A stretch of DNA of 64,000 nt from Styela clava (lineage: Eukaryota). The notes beneath the pieces are model-generated. The model made no database searches, was not told where the DNA came from, and worked only from the letters and a program-made list of their open reading frames with translations. Within the stretch, counting starts at the first letter, position 1. Every line of letters begins with the position of its first letter. The stretch covers positions 8,618,001-8,682,000 of the forward strand of contig NC_135259.1 in assembly GCF_964204865.1 (NCBI RefSeq), written 5' to 3'. Positions 38,618-52,265 of the stretch are shown piece after piece. The position numbers were made by a program, and so were the translations under genes.

Positions 38618-39199
38618 AAAAAAACAACTGCATCTGCCAAATGAAGAATTGCCAAGTAACAAAAAAACAGGGTAACTTGACTTTCTCATTACGTTTTTTT
38701 GCGACCTTCTATATAGTCTGTTTCGCTAAATATTTATGGTTCAAAGAAATTGTATGAATCCTAAGTATCTGTCGTGGTTTAACATTCATGCTATCTTTAG
38801 GTGGATATAGTACGTTTCCAAGCTTGCAGGGGGGTGGGTTCTCCCTGTCTGGGTAAAACAACAATTTATTGCTATATTTTCAACTATGTGAATTCCAGAT
38901 TATTTAATCCCTTTTCTTCGACGATTAAGATAGTTTGATCAAAAACAGAACGTAGAATATTACATACCATACAAAAGTTATTTTTATTGCTACCTAATAC
39001 ATTTTAGTAACATAATATTCAACTCATGAAATACTTATTGGCTATACATGTATTATTGCAAATTCAAATTGCAAGTAGAATTCAATTTTCGACTCTTGCC
39101 TGCGAACTGTGTGATCTATGAACTTGAATTAAACTAAAGATATACGGCACTGCAACGTAATATCACTTCATTCAAATTATTAATTAATATTAATTCCGC

Positions 39200-40890
39200 T
39201 GACTTATTAGCAATAACTTTTCTATCATTCCACCACTGAGGCCTAAAACATTCTGTTGACTAACTTTGACTAAAAAGTGAACCCATGCGTTGAAGTTCAG
39301 AAGATTTTAAAACTGGCCATTTAATATCGCATGGTCCGATGAACATTCACGTTATTTGTGGCATCACCTGATAATATTAGGTTTTACGATCGTGAGGTGG
39401 ATACGTTTCTTATTGTTACCCATCTTATGACCACTGCATGGGATAATACTGAACGTGGTAATAAAATAATATATCCTGAATGCCATGATTTTTCTACAAG
39501 AATGTATTACATAAATATTTAATATAACCACTAGAGGAATAAAGCGCAAGTTAAGTAATTTGTGTTTTATTATGTCGAAAAATCAGTTCTGATATACCTT
39601 GGTAATATGTATTAAATTTTGCTGAGAGTTATAAAAAAAACAAAAAACACTGAGGTTCATTTTCTCACTTTGCCACAATAAAAATCCTTTGCACCTATTT
39701 AAACCTTCGTACTCGGCTAGTTGCGACTCTTGAATGGTCTACCATTGTGTATATTAATGTCCAAAACACATATTTACGATATAGTTAATGTTTAAACCCC
39801 ATTTTGAGTCGCGCACCAAGCTCATCGTACTATTTTTTATCGTGAACCAAATGATATATTTTGAAATGTAGTGTAAAAATTGATCATTGAACGAAGGCTT
39901 GTCATTAGGCAAAGCAAATCTGTCACAAAACTTCTTGGTTTATACATTTTGTTTGCCGTATTATTATTATTTGTCATTATATTACTTATGTGGGTGGGCT
40001 AAATACAATATATTTTAAATTATTAAAATTGCAGTATCAGGTTTTATTTTGTATATGGGTGAAATGTTCGTTAGATGGTGCCATGACTCTACTACTAACC
40101 AACACAGGAGACAACTTCGAACACAAACTAAAGAACTGTTGTGAACAGACCATTCCTTATATTACGCAAATGGACCGTTTCATCTTCCAAGGCGACAAAT
40201 CCTGTACAAATCTATGTCTATTAAACGACTGACTGCCAATTATGCGCCAGAAAACTGCTTCTGCTTAGCTTAGACCAGGGGTGGGCAACCTCTTTCGGTT
40301 CGCGTGCCAAAGTCAGCTTAATTGACAAAATTCTTCCGCGTGCCGACCAAAATTGTCAATAGCTCACTCAGTTGTTACGTCATATTATATTTCTTTGTAA
40401 CCATGAATGGACAGAATGAGATTAAATAAATAATGGATTGTTAACAAACAATAATGAATAAACAATGTGTTTCATCAGATAATTCTGAAGTTTAAAACTT
40501 TTTATCCGAAGGAAAATGATCTCGTTTTCGAGGCCTCGCTCAGTTGCCGGCCGAATAAATGGGCCTAATTTGGCAAACGGGCCTTATGCAGACTATACAC
40601 GCGAGTGCAACTTACGTATCCGTAGTTGGACGTAATAGTTGATTCCGATATCGAGGTAGTATCATTATCCGTGAGCCACGAGTATTTGTATTCGAATTGG
40701 TTTTCCAATGATGCTGCAATAGATGTGTGTCGACTTGAGAGAATAAAGTAGATGTTTTATTGACGTTCGCCAAACAAAAATGCTGTTACTTCGTGTAAGA
40801 AATCGGCTTGCGTATAATATTCTCAGCAAAATTGTATTTGGTATGATATCAATGTTATTTACTGCGTAGCTTGCTTTGTCGATAAACACA
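39200..40890 (+). repeat. Local non-coding duplication, copy B
   Basis: Collinear with 31150-33670; carries its own private insertion starting CAGGGGTGGGCAACC at ~40276-40580. Confidence 0.88.
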
Positions 40891-41778
40891 TTTGATAATC
40901 CAATAATAGGAAATTGTCCTGGTAATTTTGAATTTCTTAGAGGCGGATATATACTTACACTGGCGTTAAACTTGAAGAGTTGAAGTAGCCTTTTCCGATC
41001 GTAGGAGGTCCTGGTCCAGTCACCATACTCGATACAAATAACGCTACGCACAATAAGCTAAGGCTTGTAGGTTGTAGCTGTCTCGATAAATCATAATCAG
41101 CGAAAAACCTAAAATGACCTATTTCATTGAATTCAACATACTATTAATATGGAACGGGTATAGATACCGTTAAAATCCATAGTTACAATCCACAATCGCC
41201 ACCGAGACATCAGAACATATTACACAGTTTGTGCACTATATATCCCGGAGTTTGGTCTACGTTGCGGCTGGTGATATTCTTATGCATGAATTTTAATTTT
41301 GATTTCAATAGTAAGTTTAAAATATTGCTTTTATGTCTTTTGAGTCATAACTAAAACTCGGTTACTTGAAAATACAGTGATTCGCTCCTTATCAAAACAG
41401 AACGAATATTGAATAGAAGTTGGATATCGGATTATCTGATTGCTCTATTGTCAAAACCACGTCAGTTTGAACAAAAAGAAATTCTATTTCTGAAAGTCTG
41501 TAAATACAATCATATACCGATTTCGCCATCTATGATTTTTTAACTTGACTTCGGTTGGTTCTTATAAAATATTAAATCAGTTTACAGGATAAGGCTGCGT
41601 CTATTTATTTAGATAATGTATTTGCCGCCATTGAATGAATTGTTTCGATCGAAATGAAGTAGAATTAAGCATATGTTTTTATTAAATGAATATAAGCGTG
41701 CTAATCTGTTGCATTTTATGTTTTTACTATTCAGAAAAGCATCAGTGAGTTCTTGCATGTTTCTACAATAAATCTAAA

Positions 41779-44700
41779 ATGAATTATCACAGGCTGTTGC
41801 TAATTTCAGTTTTCTACTTCGGATATTTTTCTCCTTCTATTTCGGAAATTACAAAGAGTAAGTGCTGTATTTCTAAATGCTTATCCGTTGATCATATTAA
41901 GTGGTCGGTTTACCAGCAACGCTAAGGTGTTGGCTTTTCTTTACTCGCATATTTTATTCAAGCAATTGTAAAAATCTGGGTACACTTGAATTAAAAAATT
42001 TTTCCGAACTTTAACTTTATATTTCGCCCATTTAGTGAGATTTTGGTGTGTTCAAGGGGATTAACATTCAATTTTCAGATTACTGGCTTTAATGTGCTTT
42101 TGAGACGCCGACTGTAAAGATTCTGAATTCGATTTCAGTAAGAATTTGAAGGAATACAATGCAATCTGTACAGTAAAATATATTTGAAGCATGTCCTATA
42201 TTTAAATGAGATCACAGTTTGCACAGGAAGCAGTTAGGTATTGTATGAAGAAATTGGACAAATGTACCTCGATTAAAATTGACCAGAAAAAATTTACAAA
42301 TAAACTATTATTACAAAACTAAAATAAATAAAATATTATATTGCAGCAATACTCATAAACGGAGGAGGATGTGGAGTGGCAACAAAAGTACCTGGTGGAA
42401 TTGTTGTGTCTCATGATCCGATAGCGCTCGATATTCCTATATCAAATACTTTTAACTGCTTATTTACTATTCAATCGTATCGACCAAGGCAGACCGTGCG
42501 ACTAGTATTTGAGTAAGTAGGGGTAACTAGTAGTAAATAATACGTGTTATCTTTATCACTGTTAATATTCGACTTATCAGAGGTTTGTAGCTTTGCTATT
42601 TGAGGTGATAAAATTATTTTTTTTAAACTCGTTTCATGTTTTACCCGATTATTCGCACTTAAAGAGTTATGACGTCAATAAGACTCCGGAATTTGTTCCA
42701 GATAGAAGTCACCAATGGTTTCTGAAAATAGAAACTCATGCTGTAATCTATATTACCTTCAAACTATAAATCATATTATACATTGAGCTCAATTTAAGCA
42801 GAATAACCCTGCTGGTGTTTTTGGGCAAGATATTTATTCAGTATTTAAAAAACTGTTCATCCTCAAAAAAGAATAGTCCGGCATAACAATCTATTTTGTT
42901 TGCAGATTCTGGATCTCAATTTAAATTACAGAAGAGTTAAGCCATATACTAACATTATTCACTGAGATTGTGTTAAAAGAATAAAATTAAAATATGATAT
43001 TATTATTATATTCAGCCATCTCAGCCTTTCACCGAATGACTGCGCGCAAGCCAACATCGAGATATATAATGATAAATTTGCAAATGATTCATCCAAACTT
43101 CTGAGTCCGACTTTATGTCCAGGTGAGATTTTTAAAAACGTTAAAGGTCTAATTCATTTTATAAATGAATTTATATAAGTAGAAAAAGGGATCAAACAAC
43201 AAAGTTAAAATGTTGCTTGTTTACACAAAAAGTACAAAATAAGTTATGACTGATCACAGCGTCCTGACAATCACAGCGTCCTGTGTACTTATTTTATACC
43301 TTGAGCTAGTTTTATTGCGGGTTGCATTTAGTGGAACACTCTACTTGTGAATGCGTGATGAAAGCAAGTTCTTGAATAAGTTTTAGTAGCCTTCTACGTC
43401 ACCAAAAGCCATTTCCGAACTGCGGTTAATTTTTGTTAGTGCGTCTTTTAATAATTCATAAGTAGAAAACTAAGTCGACTTTATGTAAATAGTAAACGTC
43501 AAAAATTCCGAAGAAATATAAAGAATCAAATTCATCAAAAAAATTTTCCGTAATAACCCACCTTTAATATCTTGTATTTGCGCGATCATTGCTTTTATCT
43601 AAAAATGAAGTTATATAATTTACTTTCGATTGTTGGATTCGGATTCAAGTCGTATCATTTTGTTTTCACTATCTGGCGTCTTACGTTATGTACCTTTGCC
43701 TCCATAAAGTTTGGTAATAACATACCTAGTTCAAAATCCAAGATTATATCTAAAAAAACAACGTAGCTCAATGTACAATTATCTATATCACAAATCCTTT
43801 AAATAAAAACGAGTTCGGATACTCTAGTGAAGTTAAAACGATTCATCGCTTTTATTATAAAAATATTGGTTGCTCCTGAAGTTTGCGCACCAAGATGTCG
43901 CATAACCTGAACCATAACCTGGTACACAATGTGAGTTCAGGTTGTGCGCCATCTTGGTCAATATTGTCGCCCGTAGGCTATATATACTCTTGCAATGTAT
44001 TCAAGTTTGCGATTTGCGCAGTCATGAAACGTGCTCAAACAGGATTTCTGCTTCGGAATATAAACTCCTATACAACTGTAAGCATACTTGTTTATTGACA
44101 ACAGCGACACAACTTGGTAATACAACTCAAAATATGGGCAATAAACAAACGCCTGCAAGGTAACGAGACCGTACAACAGTGGTCCTCAACCTGTGGTTCG
44201 CGTACCACTAGTGGTACGCGGAAGATAATCAAGTGGTGCGCGAGCAGCTTTAACATATTGCAACAAATAACATTTGAGTTGGCAAAAATATGCCGACAAC
44301 GCTTTAACTTTCATACTGTATGTATTCGCTGAACGACCTTAATGTTTCTCCGGGCATCAATTTCCTTGTTTACTTCCGTAAACAGCATCACTGTGAAAAA
44401 TTTTGTAATTTTACAGCCAATTCTTTGTAAAAAATACGACCGTTTGGCAGTATTTCGAACGAGCAACTATTTATAGGTATTTTTACATCATAGTGTTGTA
44501 ATTTCACCGCTTGTACGATGTAAAATTGCATATACTGTTGCATAATCATAAAACAAACATACGGTTGTTAAATATACAATGAATTATACGTAACATACAA
44601 AAACGTCTTTACTGAAAACAACTATCTCGCGGTTATGTTAAAATAAGTCCACTTGGTAGTAATCAAAAGCATAGAGTTCAGAAGACAGTCTTCCACATAT

Positions 44701-47700
44701 TATCAGCAAATTGCATGCCAATGAAAAATACATTGGTGCTACGAATTTGGTCCCAAACTGATACGAATTAGGCTTGGCGTCATAAGGAGCAAGTCATACA
44801 ATGATACGTAAACCTGCGGTTTCGTATGTCATCGCGACAAAGAATTTATAGCTTACGATAAAAAAATCTTAATATTGCACTCAATATTATATCGAGTATA
44901 AGGATATTTTATTTTAGACATCATGTAAATTGGTGATTAAACTGACAGCACTCATTCTCAAACGGACAGGTCTACTTGCAGTCACGACTCCAACTACTGG
45001 TGAATCTAGTAGTTCTACGCTGTGCCGCTATATCTTCTATCGGACCAAAGATTATGCAAATGTTTCGGTTAATATAATTTTGAATTGAGTGGCATATTTT
45101 TTTAATTTAACTATTTGCTCAATGCTCCTAATAAGTTCTAGAAATATCTTAGGTCGCAACGAATTCGAATTTTGAATTTTCTGACTCCGCCAAAGCCTGA
45201 CGTACTTTCCCGCCAAAATGGCTGTTTAGTGCGGATTCCAGTTTCGCTAGAAAGCAGCTTGGCTTGGTTTGATTCTCAAATCAATTGAAGTAGCCTAGTT
45301 TGAAAGTGTGAACTTGTATATTTTACACTATGGTGCCTGAACAGAAAGTTTGGAGAAAGAAATACTGTTACCTAGGTTGTAAACTCTGAACTACGGGTGC
45401 TGTAGACTACCGGTAGATCTTCAGGTTTTGCAAGGTGAGTTAATTTATGCCACATCTGTCATTAATAATCAATTTTGCATTAATTGGATTGGCCTGTTAA
45501 CTACAGCATTGCCGTACTAGATATCCCATCTCTGCATTTAAACAATGAGCTATTGTAGGCCTACCGTAGACTACCATATTCTGTTACTACTTATCGATTT
45601 TAATCAGTAAGTATGTTGATAGGTATTTGTCTGTGTGTATGTCTGTTAGATGCACGCGATATCTCACGAAAGCGAAATTGAATCTGCTCCAGATTTTGCA
45701 TGTGCATTCATCTTATCTCGGACCAAAAGCCTATTCATTTTAAGAGAATTATGTCGTATAATTATCGAGTTATTAATTAATTGGTGATGGGACACAAGGC
45801 GTCACTATGGAGTAAGAGCGCTGTTTTGGTGATCCCCTAACTTTCGATCGATAAGTCTTCGGTCTCTGACCGATATTCTTGTTTTACTTTTAGTTGCTTA
45901 TGTTCAATCTTTGTTACCGCTATTCTATTTATTGGAGTTTTGAGCCGAGGTAGTCTACTACACCAATGCTGAAAGGTCTCTGATTTTTCGTATTTTCCAA
46001 AAGTAAAATTTCAGACAATTCCGATAATGTTAGCATAATCCTTAAAAAGCAAAAAAGATTTACAATAGCCTACTAGCAGACTGGTAAAATTGTAATTTCA
46101 GTTACCCTGCGATTTGAAATGACTGATTCAAGATTTGGACTAATCTAAAATAAAATGCATCTGGAAAGACATCTCTAGTGAAACTGCAAGATTAGCTACT
46201 GCAGTAGACAGTCATGAACTTTTTATGCCTATATCATTTTCATACATCTTCAATCAGCTGATTCTTTTTAGTTCGGAAGTGGAAAAACATATTCTGCCAT
46301 TTTACCCCTGGGGCATTCTCATTTGGCCCTTATCAAGTCTGTCATTGTATCAACACTACAAACGAATTTCTGGAAAGGTGAGGAACTGGTAGCCTATTGG
46401 TGTTTATTTTTTCGATGGCAATGGTAGGGATTTGAATGTTTAATAAATCAAAGCCTTGCTTATAAATATGAGCATCATATTACTCTATGGACCTTTCCCC
46501 GAGCATCGACTTCCTTGTTTACTTCTTTACATTGGCCAATCAGCAAAATGCAAAAAGTGAGGTAACAATGCCCTCTTTTCGCATCCGCTCAGACACTTTT
46601 CTCACTCAGACAGATTTTCAAGCGTGATTGTAAACATTACCTCGTTTTCGAGTTTTTGAACTCTATTGGTTAGTTTTTAGTTGTATTTCGGAAACTTGAA
46701 TATAAATCAGATATTTCAATGATCACTTTGTCTTTCTAGGAGTTCTAATTTAACTGCAGTGTTAAAAAATAAGTGTGGAAATAGCTGTGAAAATTCTTTA
46801 CCGGTACTTTTAAAAAACAGATTGTTGTATGCGATGAATCATGATGATGGTTTGGAACACATTCCCCATTTTACAGGCGCCGATTCGCAAAAGCACTCTT
46901 AAAATAGCCCCGAAAATTTTGCAATGGTAAAGTATAGGTAGAATTTTTCGGGGGTCAAAGGTCGGGGAAAGGTCCATATAGTGGGCCTCCTTGCACTAAG
47001 TTGATTTTTGTGCAATAAATAGGTAAATAAGTTCAAACATAGCTTTTTGTCTTTTTATATAACAATTTTCATTGCTTGGAGAGATAATGTTATAATTGCG
47101 AGCTTCAGAAAGGATCTATAATAAATTTAACTTCTTCTGAGCATTGAATATAATATGAATCTACCACTTTGCTAATGGAATCATTTTACCCCAGCAGATC
47201 AAGTTATAACATATGTAAATATGTTGACTTCTCACTCAACTACTTGTTTGCATTTTATACCGGCTATACCATTTTTTTCAGCCATATTGCCAAGATAAAT
47301 AGCCAGTGAAATCAAAAAGTGCAAGAAAAAGTGACAGCAATGTTGAATATATTGGATGGTTTTCACCTATATGAAGAGATGAAATGAACTATTTTCCTGG
47401 CGGAAACAATCACTTCTCGAGTGTATTTGATACTATTGCGTTGCTGATATTTGACCACATATTTTATTAAAAGTGATTTCTTTTCAATTGTATTTCATTT
47501 CTTCAGGTGGTGGCATCAGGGTTGATCGAGTTACTTTGCGGATGTTGTTTAGTTTTACAACTTCTTCTTGTAGTTAAGATTAGCATCGCTATGGCTGTAA
47601 AAATCGGAGACATCCAACCCACTGCTTTTGCCTAGTTACCTAGTACATACATTTGGTTGTAAAATTACAACCGCTTGCAACGATCCAATACGTATATGGT

Positions 47701-50700
47701 GTTTACAAGTGCATGAAATCGCTGCTGCCGCGCGTTTGGTTGTAAAGCGCCCTTGGTCGCTACACGAGTAAGAACTTAAGTAAATGACGTTACGAGCATG
47801 CGGGGGAAAGTGTTTTTCGTGTGCGGAACGTAAACGTGCTACGTGCCAACGTAATTGCTTAACGTCGCTGCGTAACGGCGTAAATGTGTTAGGTAGTTAT
47901 TTACGTCGCCTCGATCTCGCGACAAACGAAATCACGAATAAAAATGCATCCAAAATTTGAATGGTGCAACATAATTTCAATCTAATGGTATCACTGGAAA
48001 GCTATCTTCAACTTCTACAAATGTTGTCGATAATGTAGTAGGTTAAATCGAAAACAAATTGAAGTTTTTTCAATTAGATTTAGAAGTTTTTTTTTCCACT
48101 TCAATTTTGCCAATTTTCATAAGATGATCACGATATTTTATCTCAATTTTAAAGTTATACTTAGTCCTGTAGATTATCTTTCACACGATGTAAAACTTGT
48201 CTAAATATAATATATGGTTCGCGAGATATGAGGGTTTCAAAGTTGCATACCTCATACGGGATGCCAAAGCCACTAAAACGGCTCTCAGCGTCAGAAGACT
48301 TTCTCGGGAAAGCCGCTATAGCGGCTTTCAGGGTTCAAAGAGTTAATGTTTTTTACAGTGCCCAACAAACAGTAAATATTGCTTAGTTTTCGTAGTTTTG
48401 CGTGTTATTTGTCAGTTTTCAGTTGCGTTTCAAAAAAAATTTGTGAATTAAATATCTTAATTGTCATTATGTCTTCAAAGCAGCATTAATTCAATTGCTA
48501 TAATCAAAAATGAGTCTCGCAAATGCTGCGATAGACTAAGCTAAACTAAGCTATCAGTGCTTGTACGCGGCACATGGTTGATTAATTTTAATAAAAATGA
48601 GGGTTTTCAAACACGTAAACCAGCTTATAAGCGCCAACAAATCAAAACAATCTCGAAATAAGTATAAATTGTTTTGCAATAGTAAAGTATAGGAAGAATT
48701 TCTCTGAGGTCAAGGGTCGGAGAAACGTCTTTCCGGCCAGTCCAGTCTTTAGAGATCGCCCTCGCCTGCTATTGTCCACGAAGGAATCGAGATGGTCATG
48801 TTTTCGTCCGCCTTGCGAATTAGGTCACTAAGGATGTAGTGCCACATTATAAAATACTCCCATAGCGCGTGTCTTGGGCCATTGTTCCCCGCGCCAAAAA
48901 GGGGGGCTTGTGAGCCAGACGAATAGAAGATGAGCCGCAACAATTGAGAGTGGTCAGGCTGCTTACGAATTCAGTAATCACTATACGTCACCTCCTTCCG
49001 TCAAACTCACAATACGTCACATCCTTCCGTCAAACAAGGCAAATAACCGTCTTCGTCAGGTTTTCGAAATGTGCGTGAACTTTGGTTATATGTAGGATAG
49101 CTAGTAACATATTGAAAATCATAATCTTTAACAAATTTTCAAAATTCCTCGCTATCATATTGAGGAACGTTGTCAGAAATAAATTTTTCTGGTAACTTGG
49201 AGTAAGAATTCAACGTCACCAAGTACTTTCTGCAGGCTATTCAAACAATATGGGCGCAATAATTTCCGATTGTCGAGAAGGAATCTCATAGATGATTATC
49301 TATTTATTTTGTAGATTGGGTTGAAATACTTGACACGTGGTACATGTCGAGACATAATCCTGTGTAGGCATTTTTGGTCAAAACAAAAATAAATTTCTTG
49401 TTCTACGAATACATTCCTGTATTCCAATGTGACTTGCCTGTATGCGCTGCATATCATATTTTTTGGCAGATTCTGGTGCCACAATTCGACATCTTTTTGT
49501 AGATTGGGTTGAAATACTTGACACGTGGTACATGTCGAGACATAATCCTGTGTAGGCATTTTTGGTCAAAACAAAAATAAATTTCTTGTTCTACGAATAC
49601 ATTCCTGTATTCCAATGTGACTTGCCTGTATGCGCTGCATATCATAATTTTTTGCAGATTCTGGTGCCACAATTCGACATCTTTTTGAATAGATGGGTCT
49701 TTTTAAAAAGTAATATATTCTTGCACGGACTGTGGAAGGTGTTTCTTAGTAGCCTAATTAAGGCTCCGAGAGTTTGCAACGTGAAATCTTTCTTTGTAGA
49801 TATTTGTAAAAAATCATGCATTATTTTGCCAACACTGCAATCTTCCAACATGTCAATTTTCGGATTTGTCCCATCCTTACTACCTGCTACCTGACTGATT
49901 TTTACAAAAACTATAAATTTAATAGAAAACTCCTGCTATTTTTGTTTTACAAAAGTCAAACCAATTTATTTATGTGTTTTGAAGAAGATTCATACTTTTT
50001 ATTGATATAATGCTTCTAAAAATGCTACAACATTGTGCTCTCAAAATCATGCATTATAATCTAAGTATCCATGTACAATATTCAGGAACCAGTATTTCGT
50101 CGTTAGAATACTTGAGCACCGGAAACTGGATGACATTGAAGATTCAAGCAAATGTTGTGGGGACTGGAATACCAAAAGTCAATTTTTCCGCCAGTTATTC
50201 GGCCTTTACAGCAAGTGGGTTTCTGAAGTCTAAGATATTTTCTAGAACAGAATGTCATCACAAATCTAAAGAATTAATATCGAATAAAATGTCAACTAAT
50301 ATCAATATCGAATGAAATTTGTCTCAAAATTCATACCAAATCAATCAAACACTCAAAAACGTGTAATTTTGGTAGCGAAAGTGTTTCATAAACAAAAATC
50401 GAAATGTTCTTGATAATCCACTAGGTGACAAATCTTTCAAGGTATTCGCTGACTCATTACGATATTGAGCGATGAAATGACAGCAACGTTTAAGTTAGGG
50501 TCATTATATATATATTCCTTTGATATGCCATAGTATCTTAACTTTAGCAAAGAGTATCGATGCTTCCCACTGGCCAAGTTCTCAGTGCGGTGCGTGTGAT
50601 TGAATTTCTTATTTATTTTCATACATGTGCCATGTAGAACCTTGTAAGTTTTCTGCTCAAGAAACAAACTGTAGTACATTAAATCGGTGTATCTATAATG

Positions 50701-52265
50701 AATTGCTGTGTGACGGAGTCGATGGATGTGGAGATAACACGGACGAAAGTACAGACCCACCAGCAAATTGCAATGCAACTACAACTGTGTCAACGCCCAA
50801 TACAGGTTCAAATTTTATACACAAATACGTTGAACTCTGCAACGTTTGTTGTTGAAGGATGATGTTTTTACCCTGCTCTTATTCAGAATCCTCTACATGT
50901 GTATGCCATCACAATACCAATTGGCGGTTGATTATTTGGAGTTAGGAATTATTTGAGTGTAAAGATATTAACACCTGTTTTATTTATGTCGTTTTGAAAT
51001 AGACCTTTTATTGATTCAGATATAAAACGATGGAACAATTTGGAATCTTATCCTCACATTTTAACATTACATAGTAACAGGTTGATATATATCTAATGCA
51101 CAATGGTAGTACCACAAGGCTAATAATCATCAATGCTAATAATTTGTCCCAATTTTTAAGAAAACCAATATGCTATGGTGTATTGAGTTTGCCGAAAATT
51201 TCAAAAGCCAAAGTTGTAAACTATTGATGAGATTTTTGAAATTTGAATCTATTTCAATGGAAATATTATAATTTATACAGGTGCTACGAATCCTGCTCCT
51301 GGACCAGTAGATAGTGCAACTGAAACAACAGCTACAATCAGTACAGTGACGTCATCAACAACGTCACCAGATACCGTTTTTCCAGATCTTACCCCACTGG
51401 TTGCAATTTTGGTAATCGCAGGAGTATGTTTGTCTGTATACGTGTTCTACATATTAATGTCGTTCTCCTGGTTCAATAGTCTCATATATGCTTGTCTCAG
51501 ATCATGTCTTCAATACGCCTTGCGTCGGCACAGAGATTACAAACGAAAGAAAAAGGTTAGTAAAGTATAATAATTATCAAAATAATAAGTATACACTCAC
51601 TTGTTGTTTAAATTTTAATATTCAGAGTATTTGAAAGGTATTAGCTCAAAGTAACGGCGGGATGAATCATGTCACATAACCATGGACCAAAGTGATTTAA
51701 AAGCATTGTAATAAAGCGTTTATCCCCTTATTCTCCTTTCATACTCCGGCTAAAAAACAATATACCACAAACTGGTTATTGTTGATTGAGAAGTTATTAT
51801 AAATTAATGAATTGCTCTTGCAAAAAAATTTTGAAGAAAAAACGAATATTGTCATTTAACGTAAAATTAATAAAAACGCGAACTTATGTTCTAATCAATA
51901 GGTAAATTTCGGGCGCTCCAGAAGTACGAGTATGTGCACCAATATGGAGGTAACTAATTTTGTTCGCCTATTTTACATCGAGTTGTGTAAAGAGTTTGAA
52001 ACCTGTGGGCAGGGAAAATTTACTTGGCTAACACAGCCAGACCCCGAACTCGTAACAGAACTAAAATAGGGAAAATCGGAATCAAATTATGGCCTAACCC
52101 CAACTTGGTACACATACTTCGGGAGTGCCAAATTTTGTATTCAGTTTTTCAGCATTATTTCAGAGCTTAATTTTCAACATCATTAATAAATATTTTAATT
52201 TTCAGTTACCAAAAGCTGGAAATTTATCAAAAATATATCCAGAGTCAGTTGCAGAAACAAAGTGA
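41779..52265 (+). CDS. CUB + LDLa single-pass membrane protein, LDLRAD2-like paralog A (~327 aa). Exons 41779-41857, 42347-42512, 43016-43122, 50086-50214, 50638-50805, 51281-51555, 52206-52265
   Basis: Signal peptide MNYHRLLLISVFYFGYFSPSIS; CUB (CG..GGIVVSH..NCLFTIQ..VRLVFD..C..IEIYND..LC..STGNWMTLK..FSASYSAF); LDLa (RCIYNELLCDGVDGCGDNTDE); S/T stalk; TM; short basic tail. All splice phases are compatible (984 nt in total). Confidence 0.85.
45588..45885 (+). mobile_element. HINE/DINE-1-like Helentron-derived non-autonomous element
   Basis: Subterminal inverted repeat ACTTATCGAT (~45589) / ATCGATAAGT (45847-45856), nearby partial IR TAAGTA, GTCTGT microsatellite near the 5' end, 3' stem-loop TCGGTC-TCT-GACCGA (45859-45873), T-rich flanks. 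Confidence 0.75.
46482..46982. mobile_element. MITE with ~21-bp TIRs, ~500 bp
   Basis: ACTCTATGGACCTTTCCCCGA / TCGGGGAAAGGTCCATATAGT; a degenerate copy of the right end recurs at ~48670-48730. Confidence 0.75.
49300..49900 (-). mobile_element. Decayed Ty3/gypsy integrase zinc-finger (H2C2) fragment containing a 188-bp tandem duplication
   Basis: Peptides CRIVAPESAKKYDMQRIQASHIGIQECIRRTRNLF..PKMPTQDYVSTCTTCQVFQPNLQK; unit repeated with period 188 (GTAGATTGGG at 49311 and 49499). Confidence 0.8.
51911..52129. mobile_element. Short MITE in paralog A intron 6
   Basis: GGCGCTCCAGAAGTA..GTATGTG / CACATACTTCGGGAGTGCC inverted ends; a homologous partial copy lies at ~21360-21530. Confidence 0.6.

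Noticed and set aside
49296-49894. Novel Cys-rich repeat protein or piggyBac C-terminal domain
   Set aside because: Better explained as a frameshifted gypsy integrase H2C2 region with a tandem duplication.
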